A DNA stretch of 64,000 nucleotides. It comes from Acidimicrobiia bacterium (lineage in GTDB: Bacteria > Actinomycetota > Acidimicrobiia > IMCC26256 > JAGPDB01). Position numbers and translations under genes: made by a program. The notes beneath the pieces were generated by a model. It was given only the letters and a program-made list of their open reading frames with translations. It was not told the DNA's origin and made no database searches. The stretch spans positions 126 to 64,125 of the forward strand of contig JAGPDB010000009.1 in the NCBI GenBank assembly GCA_018057765.1. Direction: 5' to 3'. Shown here piece by piece: positions 60,085 to 64,000 of the stretch. Within the stretch, counting starts at the first letter, position 1. Every line of letters starts with the position of its first letter.

Positions 60085-60741
60085 CTATTTTTTGTTTGTA
60101 CTGTTCTTATATGATTTAGCTATTCCTATACCTAACGCACTTTTGAGCAGGTCGCCTATGAGGAATGGCCAGCACCCTAATGCGAATGCACTATTAGGTC
60201 CACCAAAAAACGGAGTTCCATATAGTGGATGTAGACTGTGTTGTAACCAGAAAACACCACATACGTAAGTGACTATCGTAAATATTAGAGTGCTTATTGT
60301 CATTGCAAGTATTGTTGTTTTATTTCTAATAACTAATTTACATATTATTGCAGCTAGTAGAAATCCGTAAACATATCCGATGCTTGCGCCGCTAATAAAT
60401 CCTACTTCTGATACTGGTTTTGTTAACCATGAAATTCCGTATAGTCCTGTTGTCTGTGATGCTAGGACTGGTAGTCCAAGCATTGCAAATATAATATAAA
60501 ATGATGTACTAAGAATTGCTCTATATCTTTTCATGGCGAGTATACATCCAATAGCACCGAGTGTTTGTCCGGTAATTGGTACTGGTGTGAACCAAAGAGG
60601 AATCGATATTCGTGCAGTAAGGCTAATTATTGTTGCTCCGAAAATACCAACGATTACATCCATAGCAATTACATTCTCTTTGATTTTAGAAATTATATTT
60701 ACTAGCTGGCTTTCCTTGTTGATAACTGTTGTATCATTCAT
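60085..60741 (-). CDS. bioY: Biotin transporter substrate-binding (S) component
   Basis: Family motif TPVPITGQTLGAIG and ~6 TM helices; ~200 aa. Confidence 0.85.
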   Translation of the reverse strand: MNDTTVINKESQLVNIISKIKENVIAMDVIVGIFGATIISLTARISIPLWFTPVPITGQTLGAIGCILAMKRYRAILSTSFYIIFAMLGLPVLASQTTGLYGISWLTKPVSEVGFISGASIGYVYGFLLAAIICKLVIRNKTTILAMTISTLIFTIVTYVCGVFWLQHSLHPLYGTPFFGGPNSAFALGCWPFLIGDLLKSALGIGIAKSYKNSTNKK

Positions 60742-60792
60742 TAATTAGGCTCCTAACCTGGTTGGTTGTAAATTTATTTTCTATTATAAATG

Positions 60793-61119
60793 TTAGATGT
60801 CGTTTATAGCGAATGAACAATCTTTATAAATGTATTCCATATTTGAAAGTTGCAATATTGTATCAACATGATTTCTTAGAAGATTCTCTTTTTTTGAAAG
60901 TTTAACTAATACTATTGCTTCAATTATTTCTCCGTGGTTATGTTTACGGTGGGAGATTTTTGCGCTGTAAGCATTTCTTTTTGATGACGTTACCGGGACG
61001 CTATTAAATAAAGTTAGCTCTCCAATGGTGCAACAGACACCATTATTGAGTGCATCTATTAAAAAATCGAATGGAGACGAATTATGCTTTTTCTGATCCC
61101 AAACTTCATTAGCAGTCAT
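60793..61119 (-). CDS. Hypothetical protein
   Basis: 108-codon ORF, no motif. Confidence 0.35.
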   Translation of the reverse strand: MTANEVWDQKKHNSSPFDFLIDALNNGVCCTIGELTLFNSVPVTSSKRNAYSAKISHRKHNHGEIIEAIVLVKLSKKENLLRNHVDTILQLSNMEYIYKDCSFAINDI

Positions 61120-61279
61120 ATAACCACTATACGTATTCTCGTTTTAAATATTCCGGTTTTGGTGCTTACATTTGCAAGATAGAAGTACCCAGGAGCTAGT
61201 TAGGTGGTCTGGCATCCAATATAGCAAGGCTCTTCTCTACAGGTTTATATTTATACTGTCAATGCGCTAGCATTTAAGC

Positions 61280-62977
61280 ATGCCTTTTGATCCCAAACAC
61301 CCAACAAAAATAAACTCGTATGATGTAACAGATGGTCCGAATAGGGCGCCGGCGCGCGCGATGCTCCGAGCTGTTGGTATGGGCGATAATGATTGGACAA
61401 AAGCTCAGGTTGCTGTTGCCTCGTCTTGGAATGAGGTTACACCTTGTAATATGCCTCTTGATCGTTTGGCTAAGCAGGCAAAACTTGGTGTTAAAGACGC
61501 TGGTGGTTTTCCTCTTGAATTTTGCACTATTGCCGTTAGTGATGGTATCTCGATGGGTACTGAAGGTATGCGTGGTTCTTTGGTTTCGCGTGAAATCATT
61601 GCCGACAGTGTTGAGTGTGTTATTCACTCTGAACGTCTTGATGCTCTAGTTGCTTTGGCGGGTTGTGATAAATCTTTGCCGGGTATGATGATGGCGGCTG
61701 CTCGTACTAATGTGCCGAGCGTATTTGTTTATGCGGGTTCGATTTTACCTGGTATGCATAATGGTAGAGCTATAGATATTGTTGATGTCTTTGAGGCTGT
61801 TGGCGCTAATGCTACTGGTGCTTTAAGTGACGAAGAGTTAAGTCTTATTGAACATAAAGCCTGCCCGAGTGAAGGTGCTTGTGCTGGTATGTTTACTGCT
61901 AATACAATGGCGTCTCTTGGAGAGGCTTTGGGTTTGAGTTTGCCTGGTTCTGCAACTCCTCCTGCTCCTGATAATCGTCGTGATGTTTTTGCTTTCCAAT
62001 CTGGTCAAGCTGTAATGAATTTGCTTGAACTTGGTATTCGTCCGAGAGATATTTTGACTAGAAAAGCTTTCGAGAATGCTATTAGCATGCTTATGGCTTT
62101 GGGTGGTTCAACAAATGCTGTTCTACATATTCTTGCTATTGCTAATGAGGCTCATGTTGATATAAGCATGGCTGATTTTAATAAGATTGCGGCGAGGGTT
62201 CCACATATTGCTGATACGAAACCTCATGGTAAATATCATATGATCGATGTAGATAAAATTGGTGGTATTGAAGTTGTTATGAAAGAACTTTTAGATGCTG
62301 ATCTTTTACATGGTGATGCTTTAACTGTTACTGGTAAAACTGTTGCTGAAAATATTGAGGCTGCACAACCGCGCGAGGCTGATGGGGAAGTTATCCATGC
62401 TTTGAATGACCCTATAAATGTTGCTGGTGGAATTTCTATTCTTACTGGTTCGTTGGCGCCTAAAGGAAGCGTTGTTAAGGTTGCAGGTTTGAATAAAGAC
62501 CAAATGCATTTTGAGGGTGTTGCCCGAGTTTTCGATGGTGAAGATTTGGCGATGGAAAAGATTTTGGCTGGCGGTATTAATCCTGGTGATATTCTTGTGA
62601 TTCGTTATGAAGGTCCCAAAGGTGGCCCAGGTATGCGTGAAATGTTAGCTGTAACTGGTGCGATGAAAGGTGCAGGTCGTGGTGGCGATTGTGCTCTTAT
62701 TACTGATGGACGTTTTAGTGGTGGTACTCATGGTTTCTGTGTTGGCCATGTTGCTCCCGAAGCGCTGGATGGTGGGCCAATTGCTTTTGTTGAAGAAGGC
62801 GACAAGATTATTATCGATGCTCTAGAACACACAATAGATTTGATTGTTGATGAGTCTGTGTTGGTTGAACGACGCAAAAATTGGAAACTTCCAGAACCAC
62901 GTTACACTTCAGGATTCTTAGCCAAGTACGCGAAGTTGGCTAAGGGTGCCGAGACTGGTGCGATTACTAATTTCTAA
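61280..62977 (+). CDS. ilvD: Dihydroxy-acid dehydratase
   Basis: [23 protein letters not shown] (Fe-S Cys) and [12 protein letters not shown]. Confidence 0.95.
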   Translation: MPFDPKHPTKINSYDVTDGPNRAPARAMLRAVGMGDNDWTKAQVAVASSWNEVTPCNMPLDRLAKQAKLGVKDAGGFPLEFCTIAVSDGISMGTEGMRGSLVSREIIADSVECVIHSERLDALVALAGCDKSLPGMMMAAARTNVPSVFVYAGSILPGMHNGRAIDIVDVFEAVGANATGALSDEELSLIEHKACPSEGACAGMFTANTMASLGEALGLSLPGSATPPAPDNRRDVFAFQSGQAVMNLLELGIRPRDILTRKAFENAISMLMALGGSTNAVLHILAIANEAHVDISMADFNKIAARVPHIADTKPHGKYHMIDVDKIGGIEVVMKELLDADLLHGDALTVTGKTVAENIEAAQPREADGEVIHALNDPINVAGGISILTGSLAPKGSVVKVAGLNKDQMHFEGVARVFDGEDLAMEKILAGGINPGDILVIRYEGPKGGPGMREMLAVTGAMKGAGRGGDCALITDGRFSGGTHGFCVGHVAPEALDGGPIAFVEEGDKIIIDALEHTIDLIVDESVLVERRKNWKLPEPRYTSGFLAKYAKLAKGAETGAITNF

Positions 62978-63323
62978 TTGTAAGATTAATTATTGATCTC
63001 ATCATGATCTAATCCCTTTCCACTAAATGTTATCATTGATATAGGTTAAGAAAAATTTATATAACGTATGTGATTACAATGTTGAATGAACAATTAAATA
63101 TGAAAATATAAAGTGGTATTTGTATGTCAAACAAAGATGAAATTAATAATACTGATAGAAAAATGTTTTAAACGCTTAACACTTTGGCGAATGCCTTTAG
63201 TATGGTGGCTATTGATTCTTGTTGGTATCCCTATCATGAAGTATGTCGGAGCGCTTCTTGGTAGCACTCTACAGAGTAGCTGGTCATTTATTCCGTATTT
63301 TATAGTTCTATATAGATGCTAAA

Positions 63324-63806
63324 TTAATCGAAATGCAACTCTTCTATATCCTTTTCTATGGAATCTGGTTTGGTGGTGGGTGAGTAGCGTTTTAATACTT
63401 TGCCTTCTGGTGATATCAGAAACTTTGTGAAATTCCATTTGATACGAGAACCAAATAGCGAACTGGTATTGCTTTTTAGATATTTAAATATTGGGTGAGT
63501 ATCAGAACCGTTAACATCGATCTTTTCGCTCAATTGAAATGTGACACCAAAATTTATTTGGCATGTCTCAACCATGTTTTCGTTGCTTTCAGGTTCTTGG
63601 CCAGCGAATTGGCTACATGGGAATCCAAGAACAACAAGTCCATCATCTTTATGTTTTTGATATAACTCTTCGAGTTCACTAAATTGTCCACGCAAACCAC
63701 ATTTTGTAGCAGTGTTAACTACTAGTACCGGTTTGCCTTCGAAATCTTTCATAGATATTTCTTCGCCGGCAGGAGTATTAAAAGATAAGTCGTATATTGA
63801 TGTCAT
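63324..63806 (-). CDS. gpx: Glutathione peroxidase family protein (Cys-type)
   Basis: VNTATKCGL (peroxidatic Cys), LGFPCSQFAGQEP and WNFTKFLI. Confidence 0.9.
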   Translation of the reverse strand: MTSIYDLSFNTPAGEEISMKDFEGKPVLVVNTATKCGLRGQFSELEELYQKHKDDGLVVLGFPCSQFAGQEPESNENMVETCQINFGVTFQLSEKIDVNGSDTHPIFKYLKSNTSSLFGSRIKWNFTKFLISPEGKVLKRYSPTTKPDSIEKDIEELHFD

Positions 63807-63883
63807 TTTTCGAGTCTAGCTATAAATTGTCCATTTATACTCTCTCTATAGGGGCCTGATTGCAATGCAACCTAAACTATTTT

Positions 63884-64000
63884 TTTAAACTCGAAAATTC
63901 TTCCACCTATTATGTCTGTAATTGTTCCCAGCGAATATAAATGAAAATAATCTATATAAATATAAATAAATATAATTACTGTCCATAGACCAGCGAGTTG
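63884..64000 (-). CDS. Possible 3' end of a minus-strand gene running off the window (hydrophobic tail)
   Basis: The reverse strand is open from nt 64000 for 38 codons (QLAGLWTVIIFIYIYIDYFHLYSLGTITDIIGGKNFRV) to a TAA at 63886-63884. It is too short to judge. Confidence 0.2.

Noticed and set aside
63113-63322. 69-aa plus-strand ORF downstream of ilvD
   Set aside because: GTG-start ORF in very AT-rich intergenic DNA, with no RBS and no motif. It abuts the 3' end of the convergent gpx gene and is probably non-coding.

Overview
This is a 64-kb chromosomal window from a visibly AT-rich, tightly packed genome with short intergenic spacers and many 1-20 nt gene overlaps. Gene content and local synteny look actinobacterial: sucB/dlaT-lipB-lipA with pepA nearby, iscS-mnmA ... 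ligA ... gatCAB, a PASTA Ser/Thr kinase, argC/J/B/D and ilvD. I call about 55 protein-coding genes. I recognised no rRNA, tRNA, CRISPR array, IS element, transposase or integrase. Most of the window is housekeeping, with these non-ordinary parts:

1. An ~11.8-kb accessory insertion separates gatC-gatA from gatB and is bounded by a diverged ~130-bp direct repeat of the gatB 5' end. It carries a class I LysRS, an LdcA/MccF-type S66 peptidase, an enolase-superfamily racemase/epimerase-type enzyme, an amidase, an ACC-deaminase-fold PLP enzyme, two sugar-nucleotide-type oxidoreductases and two large proteins with no recognisable motifs. This is my best candidate for an undescribed system.
2. A PRTase-domain protein, a nucleoside hydrolase and a HAD hydrolase sit inside a scrambled arg cluster.
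3. A 1382-aa NHL/FN3/GLUG surface protein has one propeller nested in the GLUG region.
4. There are two large membrane GGDEF-EAL sensors, one with an off-consensus EAL domain.
5. LipB and LipA are fused in one ORF.
6. A short hairpin repeat family lies 3' of two genes.

All calls rest on reading the supplied ORF translations and the DNA by eye for motifs. No database search, HMM or composition computation was run, so family assignments are motif-level and functional hypotheses are inference.
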